Source: an uncultured delta proteobacterium (GTDB lineage Bacteria > Desulfobacterota > Binatia > UBA9968). Taken from it: a stretch of DNA of 64,000 bases. The stretch lies in contig CAVUZH010000014.1 in the NCBI GenBank assembly GCA_963745835.1, positions 1-64,000 on the forward strand. The letters are read 5' to 3'. The translations under genes were made by a program, and so were the position numbers. This document shows, one piece after another, positions 51,736-61,433 of this stretch (its first letter is position 1; each line of letters starts with the position of its first letter). The notes under the pieces were generated by a model. The model made no database searches. It was not told where the DNA came from and saw only the letters and a list, made by a program, of their open reading frames with translations.

Positions 51736-52284
51736 TCAAGCTGGATTCCAGGGAGTGACAATCACTTGATCAATGCCATCGGACTCTTCGAGCAAGACGT
51801 TCACTCGTTGCGAATCCGAGGCTTCGATATTCTTGCCGACGATATCGGCCCGGATCGGCAACTCCCGCGCGCCGCGATCGATTAGAACCGCCAGCATGAT
51901 CCGCTTGGCATGGCCGAGACGCTCGACCGCCTCCAGGGCCGCGCGGATTGTCCGCCCGCGAAAAATAACATCGTCGACTAGGATGGCGATCCTGTTTTCC
52001 AGCGTGACCGAGATTTCACCCGCGGTTGGCGCAGCGGAAACTTGTGGTTGCGTCTTATCATCACGAAAAAGAGTCACATCAATGACACCGAGTGGCGGTA
52101 AGTGCTGGGTAAGCTCTTCGATCTTACGGGCCAAACGCCGAGCGATATGCACACCGCGGGAACGTATGCCGATGAGCGTCAACTCTTCAAAACCGCCGGC
52201 TTTCTCGATCACCTCATGAGCCATGCGAGTGATCGCTTTGGCCAACTCCTGCGTCGTCAGGACGATTTGCTTCTCGCTCGCCAT
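51736..52284 (-). CDS. pyrR: PyrR regulatory protein / uracil phosphoribosyltransferase
   Basis: RMAHEVIE, GIRSRG, VDDVIFRGRTIRAA, DRGARELPIRAD. Confidence 0.92.
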   Translation of the reverse strand: MASEKQIVLTTQELAKAITRMAHEVIEKAGGFEELTLIGIRSRGVHIARRLARKIEELTQHLPPLGVIDVTLFRDDKTQPQVSAAPTAGEISVTLENRIAILVDDVIFRGRTIRAALEAVERLGHAKRIMLAVLIDRGARELPIRADIVGKNIEASDSQRVNVLLEESDGIDQVIVTPWNPA

Positions 52285-52288
52285 AAAC

Positions 52289-52322
52289 AAAAAAAGACCC
52301 CCTCAATCGCGCTGAGGAGGCC
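52289..52322 (-). terminator. attenuator terminator upstream of pyrR
   Basis: Minus strand CCTCCTCA-GCGCGAT-TGAGGGGG followed by a T-tract. Confidence 0.75.
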
Positions 52323-52364
52323 CGAAGAATCCGGAAAATCTTGGAAGTGCAACTATCGGCATGG

Positions 52365-52400
52365 CTCCCTTACCGATCTCACAGGGTCGGTTTAAAAGGA
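52365..52400 (-). ncRNA. PyrR-binding RNA leader element
   Basis: Minus strand TCCTTTTAAACCGACCCTGTGAGATCGGTAAGGGAG resembles the PyrR binding loop; lies upstream of the terminator and pyrR. Confidence 0.78.
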
Positions 52401-52487
52401 TTTGCTATTTATCGCCTGACATCAGGCCAAAGTCAACGATGAAAATGCGGCTGCGAGATAAACGGGTCCATATTCAAGAGTTAAAGC

Positions 52488-52983
52488 TTACAGCAAGCAA
52501 ATAATTTCCGCCTGTGCGTCAGCGTTTTGCAAAAACAACAGCCCTACGGTTACCGGCAGTTTGAAACGTCGCGGCCCGGCGCTTCCGGGGTTTACAAAAA
52601 GCACATTGTCTCGTCTCACGATCGACGGTTTATGAGAATGGCCACTGATCACGACCTGAACACCCGCGGCCGGCAACTTATTTTCTAGATCATGAATATT
52701 ATGGATCACCCGCACGCCTGTGTGGTTAAGGAGCAGATCGAGCGCTTCGGGAATGTGCCGCGCCCATGGTGCGGTATCGTTGTTGCCTTTGATGGCTGCC
52801 AGGGGTGCAATGGCTTGCAAGCAATCCAACACTTCAGGCTTGCCGATATCCCCGGCATGCACGATGAGCTCGACGCCCTTTAAGCGCCGCGAGAGCTTCC
52901 GGTCGAACCAATCCGTGGGTGTCGGAAATTAAACCGATGCGCCCTTGCTCTAGCGCGATCCGCCGCTGTTTTCGTGCTCCCAT
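52488..52983 (-). CDS. YfcE-family metallophosphoesterase (frameshift near 52875)
   Basis: ISDTHG, HAGDIG, GNND, GHSH, NPGSAGP. Confidence 0.85.
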
Positions 52984-53043
52984 GGTTGCTCTTGATTCCT
53001 GGTTGGCCTCAACTCTATATTCGACTGCGGCCAAGGAGGTTGT

Positions 53044-53581
53044 ATGTTCCCCCATCTGAAAGGCTTTAACTTACAGCAATGGATCGACGAAAACCGCAAC
53101 AACTGGGGACAACGCCGGGTGATCTGGAATGATTCGGATTTCATCGCCTTCGTTACCCGCGGTCCCAACCGGCGCAAAGACTTTCATATCAACCCCGGTG
53201 ATGAAATCTTCTATCAACTCGAAGGCGAACTCAATCTTCACTACTTATCCGACGGCAAGCCGGAGCTCGCGGTACTCAAGACCGGCGATCTTTTTCTTAT
53301 GCCCGCAAGAGTGCCCCACTCGCCGAGGCGGCGCGAAGGCTCTTGGACGTTTGTGATCGAGAGGAAACGCACGACCAGACGAAAAGGATCTTTTTATCTG
53401 GGTTTGCGAAGAATGCCAGAAGAGTCTCTATGAGACCGATGTGCGCTTCGATGATCCTTCAGATGCGGTGGCAAAAGCGAGCGAGGCGATGCGCAGCGAT
53501 AAAAATCTAGCGACCTGTAGAAGCTGCGGTGCGGTTCTCGAGCCTGTAATTTTAACGTTAAGTTACACTCGTAGACCTTAG
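53044..53581 (+). CDS. nbaC: 3-hydroxyanthranilate 3,4-dioxygenase (frameshift near 53385)
   Basis: GPNRRKDFHINPGDEIFYQLEG, VPHSPRR, IERKR; C-terminal CEEC...CRSC in the shifted frame. Confidence 0.85.
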
Positions 53582-53656
53582 TAAGAGCTGGGTATTCTAT
53601 TGATGATCTATCCGATTCCTCTACCACAGGTCTTCAATTCAGTTCCACATTCATCC

Positions 53657-55960
53657 TCATTGAACGGCCGCTTTAGATTGCAAGGCGCGCCAGATCTTAG
53701 GCGGCGTTAACGGCAAATCCTGAATTCTCACGCCCACCGCGCGCGAAACCGCATTGGCGATCGCCGACGCCACAGGAAGCAAGCCTCCCTCGCCGATGCC
53801 TTTTGATCCGAACGGCCCAGGGCCATTGCCATTCTCAAGCAGGATAGTATGCAAACCATCCGGCAGATCGCGGAAGGTCGGCACCCGATAATCCACCAGA
53901 TTACCATTCAACAATTGGCCATCTTCGTAAACCATTTCCTCCATTAGCGAGTGGCCAATGCCGAACATCACGGCGCCTTCGTCCTGGCCGATGCACTGAT
54001 CGGGATTGATCGCCTTGCCTGTGTCGCAAACGGAAACATAGTTCAGCAGGCGAACAACGCCGGTTTCAGTATCTACTTCGAGATCAACACCGCCCCAGCC
54101 TATTTCCCAAAAAGTGGCGGTGGAACCCAAAACCGCCTTTTTGCTTCGTTTGTCTTTATACAACCCTTTGGCGATGATCTCTCCGGCTTTGCTGCCGAAA
54201 AAATCAACGATGACCTTGCTATAACTGATGCTTTGGCCGTTTTGCGAATGGATTTCGCCATTCTGAATAAACAGATCTTCAGGCTTCTGCTTGAGAACTT
54301 TGCCGGCACACTGAAAAAGTTGACGCTTGGCATCCTGTGCCGCGCGCTGCACCGCCAGGCCCATCACCACCATCGAGCTACTCGCGCTGGTGGAAATGTC
54401 GTAAGGAGTAACATCGGTATCGAGTTGGGCAACCGTTATTTGATCTAGGCTGAGGCCGAGCTCCTCCGCGACAACCTGGCTCAACGCGGTGCGCGGGCCC
54501 TGTCCGATCTCGACGGTCCCAGTTAATAGAACGACACTGCCATCGGACGACATTTTGACGGTGGCGCCGGCGACCTTATAAGTACCGCCGCCGTCTTTGA
54601 TGCAGCAGCTAAGTCCTTTGGCTCGATTGGGTTTGGTGTCGCGCTCCTGCCATTTGATGGTTTCGGCGACTTTGCGCAGCCCCTCCTCGAGATCGCAATC
54701 CACCGGCGTATCGCCAGCGGTATAGAGATCGCCCTTCTTGAGCAAGTTCTTCAAGCGAAACTCGAGCGGATCGATGCCCAGCCGGTCGGCCATCATGTCC
54801 ATTTGTGATTCATACGCCCAAGTAACCTGCAACGCGCCAAATCCGCGGAAAGCGCCTGCGGGAACGGTGTTGGTGTAAACTCCATGAGCTTCGACTTTGG
54901 CGTGGGGAATCTTGTAGGGACCGAGCGAACGATAACCCGCTTTTTGTGTAACCCGCGGCCCGGCGTCGGCGTATGCGCCGGTGTCCATAAAAATCTGACA
55001 CTCGCGCGCCAACAATCGACCCTCTTTATTAACCGCCGTCTTGACCGTGACCCGAGCCGGATGACGCGTCACAGTTTTAAAACTTTCATTCACGGAGAGC
55101 GCCAGCTTTACCGGCCGCCGAGTCTTCCAGGTCAAAGCTGCGGCAATTGGCTCGGCCTTGACGTACAACTTTCCGCCGTATGCGCCGCCCACGTAAGGCA
55201 CGATGACACGAATGCGGCTAAGCGGCAGGCGGAAAATTCCCGACAGATGATCGCGAAGCGTGAAGGGATCCTGGCACGACGCCCATACGGTCAACTTTTC
55301 GCCGTCATAACTGGCGATATTGATGTGCGCTTCGAGAGAGTAATGCTGTACTTTTTGAAAGCGGAAGGTGTCTTCGAAAACGTGATCGGCCTGCGCGAAG
55401 GCTTTATCGACATCGCCCCGGCCGAAGCCTAGATAATAACAGATGTTGGTACCGTTGAATCTCGCTGGCGCTCCATAAGTCGAGCCGCGCAGTTCCGCTC
55501 GCGCGACATCGCCTTCATGCACCTGAATTGCTCCTGGTGCTGTCGCTTCCTCGATGTTGGTCACCTTCGGCAGCTCTTCGTACTCTACATCAAAAAGATC
55601 CAAAGCGGCTTCGGCAATTGCCGGGTCCTCGGCCATTACCGCAGCAACCGGATCGCCGACATATCTGACCTTGTCCACGGCAACAATCGACTGATCTTTA
55701 TAGGTTGCCCCGTATTTGTAATTGAATTCTTTAATATCGTCGCGAGTCAGGGTGGCGATGACCCCAGGCAATTCTTTGGCTTTAGACACATCCACCTTGA
55801 GCAAGCGAGCATGGGCGACCGGGCTGCGAAGTATCTTGGCGTAACCCATCCCGGAAAGCTGAATGTCTCCGGTGTAGACGGCCTTGCCCGTCACCTTTTC
55901 GATACCATCAACACGGTGCGCGTCTTTACCGGCGATGGAAAATGTTTCTGTATAGTTCAT
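53657..55960 (-). CDS. xanthine dehydrogenase family molybdopterin-binding subunit
   Basis: VGGAYGGK, AFRGFG, EIGQG, SKGIGEG. Confidence 0.92.
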   Translation of the reverse strand: MNYTETFSIAGKDAHRVDGIEKVTGKAVYTGDIQLSGMGYAKILRSPVAHARLLKVDVSKAKELPGVIATLTRDDIKEFNYKYGATYKDQSIVAVDKVRYVGDPVAAVMAEDPAIAEAALDLFDVEYEELPKVTNIEEATAPGAIQVHEGDVARAELRGSTYGAPARFNGTNICYYLGFGRGDVDKAFAQADHVFEDTFRFQKVQHYSLEAHINIASYDGEKLTVWASCQDPFTLRDHLSGIFRLPLSRIRVIVPYVGGAYGGKLYVKAEPIAAALTWKTRRPVKLALSVNESFKTVTRHPARVTVKTAVNKEGRLLARECQIFMDTGAYADAGPRVTQKAGYRSLGPYKIPHAKVEAHGVYTNTVPAGAFRGFGALQVTWAYESQMDMMADRLGIDPLEFRLKNLLKKGDLYTAGDTPVDCDLEEGLRKVAETIKWQERDTKPNRAKGLSCCIKDGGGTYKVAGATVKMSSDGSVVLLTGTVEIGQGPRTALSQVVAEELGLSLDQITVAQLDTDVTPYDISTSASSSMVVMGLAVQRAAQDAKRQLFQCAGKVLKQKPEDLFIQNGEIHSQNGQSISYSKVIVDFFGSKAGEIIAKGLYKDKRSKKAVLGSTATFWEIGWGGVDLEVDTETGVVRLLNYVSVCDTGKAINPDQCIGQDEGAVMFGIGHSLMEEMVYEDGQLLNGNLVDYRVPTFRDLPDGLHTILLENGNGPGPFGSKGIGEGGLLPVASAIANAVSRAVGVRIQDLPLTPPKIWRALQSKAAVQ

Positions 55961-56012
55961 GATCGAGAACTAAAATATCAGGCCAGGTGTTGATTACACC
56001 GCGGCCTCACCA

Positions 56013-56159
56013 TTACTTGCGGATTTTTGGACTATCTTTTTCCGGAAAATAAAGATCGCAGTACGGACAATGAAAGTTCATACCGGATCCCAACATGTGC
56101 GGATTGACAACAAAGGTCTTCTTACACGTCGGACACGTCACTTCAACCGCCTGGCCCAT
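56013..56159 (-). CDS. 48-aa zinc-ribbon protein (not in ORF track)
   Basis: MGQAVEVTCPTCKKTFVVNPHMLGSGMNFHCPYCDLYFPEKDSPKIRK with a GAGGAG RBS. Confidence 0.8.
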   Translation of the reverse strand: MGQAVEVTCPTCKKTFVVNPHMLGSGMNFHCPYCDLYFPEKDSPKIRK

Positions 56160-56208
56160 GATTCCTCCTCAATAAGCTGGATAAATAATTACTTCTAGTT
56201 TGCTGCGA

Positions 56209-57654
56209 TTACGCCCAGTAAGTCGTCCGATCCATCGGAATATGCTGCAAGACTTCTCCGGGCACGTATTCCTCCAGCTTGATGCGGGCCATGGCTTCGT
56301 CAGGACATTTGGACACCGGTGAGAACGGCCGATCCAGGGGCTTGGTCGCATCGACGATCATGCCCGAGGTTTTGATCTCATCCAACAATGAAGGATCCAA
56401 GAAATTGCCGCGGAACAACGGCTGCAGGATACTGATCTGCTTGTGTGGCTGTACCCGGGTGGCGATAGCCCAAAGAATGTCGGTAGGGTTAAAAACATCG
56501 ATATCATCGTCGAACACGAACACGTTCTTGGTGTGGTCGAAAGTCAATGCGGCGGCGGCGGCGCGTCCCGGATCGCCTTCGGACATCTTCTTCATGGAAA
56601 TAAACACATTGTAGTGCGCGTGTCGGCCCTGCTTACAGACTGCCGTCACACCGGGAACGGCTTCGCGGCAACGGCGCAGATAGGCACCTTCCCGCGGCAA
56701 ATCCATCCACGGCTTGTCGCCTTCCGGTGTAATGACCGACTGGTACATCGCGCCATTGCGGTAGTTGATGGCGCGTACTTCATAGTCAACGCAGGTAGTA
56801 TAACGCTGCGGACCCAGATAACCCGGGGCTTCGCCGAAGGGTCCTTCGACAACCCGCTTGCCGGGCTTCAACACGCCTTCGATAACGATTTCGGCATCGG
56901 CCGGAATGAGCAAATCTTCGCCGAAAGTCTCCGAAGCAACCAACCGCAAGGGTTCGCCGAGATAGCCGCCGATAACATCATACTCGCTCACTTCGAACGG
57001 ACCGCTGTAGCATGCGCCCATGTGATACGCCGGATGATGGCCGAGGACCGTCGCGACCGGCATCTCCATGTTGTTCTCCTCGTAGTCCTTGTAGATTTTC
57101 CATAAGTGGCGCGGCGACGCATACAGAGCCGTGGAGTTCTTCGATTTGACCTCCATGCGGTGATACGAACAATTGTAAATTCCCGATTTCCGGTCTTTGG
57201 TGATCGTCGACAGAACAATGTAAGGCCCGCCGTCCATCTCGTGGTGTCTCATGATCGGTATCTGGTAAAGATCAACGTTCTTCCCAACCATGACATTTTC
57301 CTTAACAGGAGCATTTTTTCTGTCGACAATGCTAGGAGGAATTCGATGCTCTTCCATCTCGAGACATTTTTCAGCCATTTTCGGGCGGCTGGCATCCTTA
57401 GGCATGCCCAAGGCGATCTGCGTTTTCCCCTGGGAAATTTCGCAGTTCATCGTAAGCTTCATCGGACCGACTTTGCCGTTGAGATTTAGCGGATTATCGA
57501 AAATAATGATCGGAAATTTCTTTTGCGCGCCGAGATGCTTGATGATCGCAGTGACATCATAGTTTGCTGGATTTACTTCTTTTTTGATGTGAATCACTTC
57601 ACCGGGTAACTCACGCTGGCAATCCTCGATAAACGTCCTAAGATCCTTTGCCAT
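56209..57654 (-). CDS. UbiD-family prFMN-dependent (de)carboxylase
   Basis: DLRTFI, DGGPY, EGPFGEAPGY, DDDIDVFN...WAIATR, LDPS. Confidence 0.92.
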   Translation of the reverse strand: MAKDLRTFIEDCQRELPGEVIHIKKEVNPANYDVTAIIKHLGAQKKFPIIIFDNPLNLNGKVGPMKLTMNCEISQGKTQIALGMPKDASRPKMAEKCLEMEEHRIPPSIVDRKNAPVKENVMVGKNVDLYQIPIMRHHEMDGGPYIVLSTITKDRKSGIYNCSYHRMEVKSKNSTALYASPRHLWKIYKDYEENNMEMPVATVLGHHPAYHMGACYSGPFEVSEYDVIGGYLGEPLRLVASETFGEDLLIPADAEIVIEGVLKPGKRVVEGPFGEAPGYLGPQRYTTCVDYEVRAINYRNGAMYQSVITPEGDKPWMDLPREGAYLRRCREAVPGVTAVCKQGRHAHYNVFISMKKMSEGDPGRAAAAALTFDHTKNVFVFDDDIDVFNPTDILWAIATRVQPHKQISILQPLFRGNFLDPSLLDEIKTSGMIVDATKPLDRPFSPVSKCPDEAMARIKLEEYVPGEVLQHIPMDRTTYWA

Positions 57655-57900
57655 CGACTCCTCCTACACGAATGTATGAAATATTTATGCAAAATCATTA
57701 TCCAATGCCCTCTTCATTGTCAATTCAGGCGCTTTCGAGCGAGTGTTTCCGCGAGCTCACGAACAGTGCCCGTCAAGCGTTAGGACCGCCGAGCCATCAG
57801 ACCGGGCGATTCGATATGTCAGCAGTTGAACAGACGTCTAACAGACGAGTGGATGAGCCAGGATAATTGATCTCCAAAAGCCTCGGTGACAAAACCGAAT

Positions 57901-59034
57901 CTAGTTACGAGCCTGAGCCTTTTGTCTCCGTGCGCCATTGCCATTGATGCCAAATAAGCGCATCGCATTGCCACCGAGAACCCGTTCCTTGTCCTGATCC
58001 GATAACTCTTTCATTCCCTTGATCACTTCAACCGTTTTCGGCCAAGTGGCGACGGCATCGCCATGATCAAAATCGCTGCCGATGATAATGTTGTGATTTG
58101 GCCAACCCTTAATCGTCTCGGCTAAGTAGGATTCCCAGGATACCGCAGCGATGTAGAATTGATTGAAGTACTCGCTCGGCGGTTTCTTGATCGCTTGTTT
58201 TCCCTCGAAGAACTGTTGCACGGCGACCGAGACGCCCGCCTCGTTTGGAGTATGGGCGTTTAGCGTGTGCATCAACCACGGCACCCAGCCGATGCCGCCT
58301 TCAAAAAAAGCAAACTTCAACGTCGGAAAGCGATCCAGTACTCCGCCAAATATCAATCGCGAAGCGCTGACCATATAGGTCAATGAAAATCCTAGCGCAG
58401 TGGGGAAGTGTTGATAACCTTCGAACCGTTCGCTGCCGACAAGCCAGGGATGGCTATGCTGCAACTCGAATACCCGGGCGGCCGGATGAAGTAGGATCGG
58501 TATATCGAGAGCCGCGATCTCTTCGTAAAGCGGCCATAAGACCTCATTGTCGAGATCACTGTCGCCCCAACCGCCGTTGAGCTTTACCGCCTTAAGCCCG
58601 AGATCTTTCACCGCGCGGCGCAGCTCCTTTACCGACTCCTTGATGTCCGGCAAATAAATCCAGGCAACGCCGATGAACCGGTCATCGCCTTGAATATCTT
58701 CGGCAACAGTATCGTTATAGGCCCGCGCCAACTGCCGACCGAGCTCGGCATCGCACTCGTAAATCAACGGCCGATTGTCGGGAATCAAAACCTGGATATC
58801 AAAACCGTCCTTTTTCATGAACTCAGCGCGCAGCGGGATGCTCCAGCGCCCTTCTTTGAACGAATGTATCTTTTTACCGTCGCGATAATAAGTTGCGACT
58901 TTGCCCGGCACTGCATCGCCGTAACGAAGATAGTCGCCGGTATCATCGGTAATTTCGACATGCCCTTTTCCCGGGTGAGAAACTTTATCGATAAATCGCA
59001 ATGGCCAGTAATGAGTATCGCCGTCGATATACAT
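57901..59034 (-). CDS. amidohydrolase-2 family protein (ACMSD-like)
   Basis: IDGDTH, ILLHP, FEGGIGW, GSDFDH, GGNAMRLF. Confidence 0.88.
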   Translation of the reverse strand: MYIDGDTHYWPLRFIDKVSHPGKGHVEITDDTGDYLRYGDAVPGKVATYYRDGKKIHSFKEGRWSIPLRAEFMKKDGFDIQVLIPDNRPLIYECDAELGRQLARAYNDTVAEDIQGDDRFIGVAWIYLPDIKESVKELRRAVKDLGLKAVKLNGGWGDSDLDNEVLWPLYEEIAALDIPILLHPAARVFELQHSHPWLVGSERFEGYQHFPTALGFSLTYMVSASRLIFGGVLDRFPTLKFAFFEGGIGWVPWLMHTLNAHTPNEAGVSVAVQQFFEGKQAIKKPPSEYFNQFYIAAVSWESYLAETIKGWPNHNIIIGSDFDHGDAVATWPKTVEVIKGMKELSDQDKERVLGGNAMRLFGINGNGARRQKAQARN

Positions 59035-59065
59035 GGATTAGTACTCCTGTGTGATCTGCAGTTGT

Positions 59066-59188
59066 GAGCAGGTCAAAACATTCAGCTGCGAGGCGCGCGC
59101 TGCTTCGCCGAATGGAGGCTACGGAATCGAGTACGTTGGAGTGAGACGAACAAGCGCAACGAAGCAGACGCGAAGTTTTCATCTGTTC
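59066..59188. repeat. REP/MITE-like palindromic intergenic element
   Basis: Terminal IRs GAGCAGGTCAAAAC / GTTTTCATCTGTTC; shares GTACGT and CAACGAAGC with the element at 37715. Confidence 0.5.
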
Positions 59189-59190
59189 GA

Positions 59191-60204
59191 TCATTTCACT
59201 CCGTATTTGGCCAGCACTTCGTCGATGAAGCCGCTCTGATCGAGTTTTTTTAAAATCCGGTCATCGATCAGTTGTTCCGGTTTAACTTTTTCAACCTTTG
59301 GATTACTTCGTTTCATCAATCGAACGACATTGGTGACACCCGCCGGTGCAGCATAGGGTTTCTTGTCCGTCCCCGAAACCAGATCTCGATAGCCTTCTTC
59401 GGCGTCCTTTTCAGTGATTCGAAGATACTTTTGTAAAATCTTTAGTGTGCTGGGCTTCTGCGATATCGATAGAGAAAACGCAGCCCCTTCGATAACCGCC
59501 TTCATCAGATTTTCCGCCAACTGTGGGTTTTTCTGCAAATTGGGTTCTCGCATGACGAAGCCGGAGCTTAGAATCGGCAGATTCGCTTTGTTTAAATCGG
59601 CGAGCGTCGGAAAACCCAGAGCGTTTAGGCGACGGCTTTGCACACCGTCCAATACCGTCGCGTCGATAGTGCCTGTTTCCAGCGCTTGCGCCAGCACATT
59701 CTGATCGCCGACAGCGATAATATTGATCTTGTCACGCTCAGCGTCCAATTTTAAGTGCTCCAAGGCCAGAATGGCTCCCATCCAAACGGTGCCGCCGATA
59801 CTTTGAATGCCGAATATCTTACCGCGTAAATCCTCCGGTCGTTTGATCCCGGGCTTCACCATCAAATCGTAAGTGATGCGATTGGTGAACGCTGAAAGAA
59901 CCTTCAGATCGGCGCCGTTGGCGACCGCCCCCACCACAGCCGTGCCTCCGGTGTAGCCGACGTCAATCTCGTTCGACTGCATGGCTGCCACCAGAGTCGG
60001 TGCGCCGCGTACGAAAATGGTATCCGCTTCGACGCCGTACTTGGCAAAAAAGCCGCGCTCGCGGGCAACCCAGAGGGGCGCGACTCGCGCGTTCATCGCC
60101 GCATGAGCGATAACCACCTGCTTGCCTGCCGCTGCGGCATAAAATTGGCTTGGAGCACTCAGGAAACCAAAGATCACGACAACAGCGATTCGCCACCTAG
60201 TCAT
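59191..60204 (-). CDS. ABC substrate-binding protein, NMT1/TauA family
   Basis: Signal peptide; PLWVARERGFFAKYG; DLRGK; ALETGTID. Confidence 0.9.
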   Translation of the reverse strand: MTRWRIAVVVIFGFLSAPSQFYAAAAGKQVVIAHAAMNARVAPLWVARERGFFAKYGVEADTIFVRGAPTLVAAMQSNEIDVGYTGGTAVVGAVANGADLKVLSAFTNRITYDLMVKPGIKRPEDLRGKIFGIQSIGGTVWMGAILALEHLKLDAERDKINIIAVGDQNVLAQALETGTIDATVLDGVQSRRLNALGFPTLADLNKANLPILSSGFVMREPNLQKNPQLAENLMKAVIEGAAFSLSISQKPSTLKILQKYLRITEKDAEEGYRDLVSGTDKKPYAAPAGVTNVVRLMKRSNPKVEKVKPEQLIDDRILKKLDQSGFIDEVLAKYGVK

Positions 60205-60298
60205 GCAGTCTCCTTTCTTTACGGATACGCTTCACCGCTTTAGCTTCTGCGCCTCACCCCGCCGGTGAGTCGCGACGATTATCTGATAAGACGGCTCG

Positions 60299-61390
60299 TC
60301 AAAGGCCGAGCCTCAATAAATTGATGGCGTTTTCCCCCAAGACCTTGCGCTTGTTATCTTGGGAAATCTTAGTGCTCTTAGCCACCGGACCGGTCACCTG
60401 CCCCGGCTGTGACGAATCCCAATGAGGAGAATCGGTTGCCAACACAAGCCGATCGCCGCCGAGATATTCAACCGCCCATTCAAACAACCCGTCTTCGAAT
60501 GGCTCGCAACCGACATAGACACTCTCATTAAAAATATCACTGGGCTTGCGCTTCTGCCAAGGAACCAAGTGCGGCAGCTTCTCCCAATGCTCATCCATCC
60601 GCGATAACCACCACGGCATCTGCGACGCGCCGGTTTCGAGGCAAATGATTTTCAGATCCGGGTGTTTTTCCATCACGCCGCCGCAGAGGTAGATCATTAA
60701 ACAGACCATGCTTTCAATGGTGCGACCGACCATGTGTGAGAAGAAAAAATTGTCAGCGAAGCGCTCGTGGCCCATGGAACCGGTCTTGGTATCATGGAAA
60801 ATAATCGGCGTGTTGGTTTTTTCCAGCTCGTCGAAGATCGGATCGAAGTGTGGATTCCACCACTCCTTGCCGGGAATCGGAGTGGCTTTTACATTGAGCG
60901 CTTTGCTGCCCATTTCGCGCGACCGGTGCAGTTCCTTGATTGCCTCCTTAGGATCCTGAAGAGGAATCACGCCAGCCCACATCAGCCGCCCCGGTTGCTG
61001 CGAAGCATAGTAGTTCATGTAATTATTCTGCGCCCGGGCATAAGCGGCCGCCAACTCCGGATCATCGACAAACCACAAAATATCGAGGGCCGGCGAATTG
61101 GGCGAAAGTACGGCGACATCGATGCCGTCAAGATCCATGTTGCGAACCCGCCCGTGCGCCGTCAGATCATTCGGGGTGACCCACTCTTTTTTCTCGGCCT
61201 TCTGACGCCCGAGCTCGGAGCCGATCATGATCTGATTGCCGACGAGAGTCTTGCGCCTTTCGTTGTCTTTGGTCGGCAGTTTACGCGGCAAGAATTCTTT
61301 GTATTTTCCTTCGATTGTTTGATCCCAACTCTCCAAGTCACCCACCAGGTGGCTGTCGAGATCGATCACTTTCATTCCATCGATCGCCAT
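60299..61390 (-). CDS. amidohydrolase-2 family protein
   Basis: IDLDSH, MDLDGID, IIFH, LETG, ATDSPHWD, GENA. Confidence 0.88.
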   Translation of the reverse strand: MAIDGMKVIDLDSHLVGDLESWDQTIEGKYKEFLPRKLPTKDNERRKTLVGNQIMIGSELGRQKAEKKEWVTPNDLTAHGRVRNMDLDGIDVAVLSPNSPALDILWFVDDPELAAAYARAQNNYMNYYASQQPGRLMWAGVIPLQDPKEAIKELHRSREMGSKALNVKATPIPGKEWWNPHFDPIFDELEKTNTPIIFHDTKTGSMGHERFADNFFFSHMVGRTIESMVCLMIYLCGGVMEKHPDLKIICLETGASQMPWWLSRMDEHWEKLPHLVPWQKRKPSDIFNESVYVGCEPFEDGLFEWAVEYLGGDRLVLATDSPHWDSSQPGQVTGPVAKSTKISQDNKRKVLGENAINLLRLGL

Positions 61391-61433
61391 AATTGTTCCT
61401 CCTTTTGCGAACCTAAGCCGAATTAATTATTTG

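Noticed and set aside
53657-55960. Aerobic CO dehydrogenase CoxL
   Set aside because: The active-site loop is AFRGFG, not AYxCSFR, and there is no coxM/coxS.
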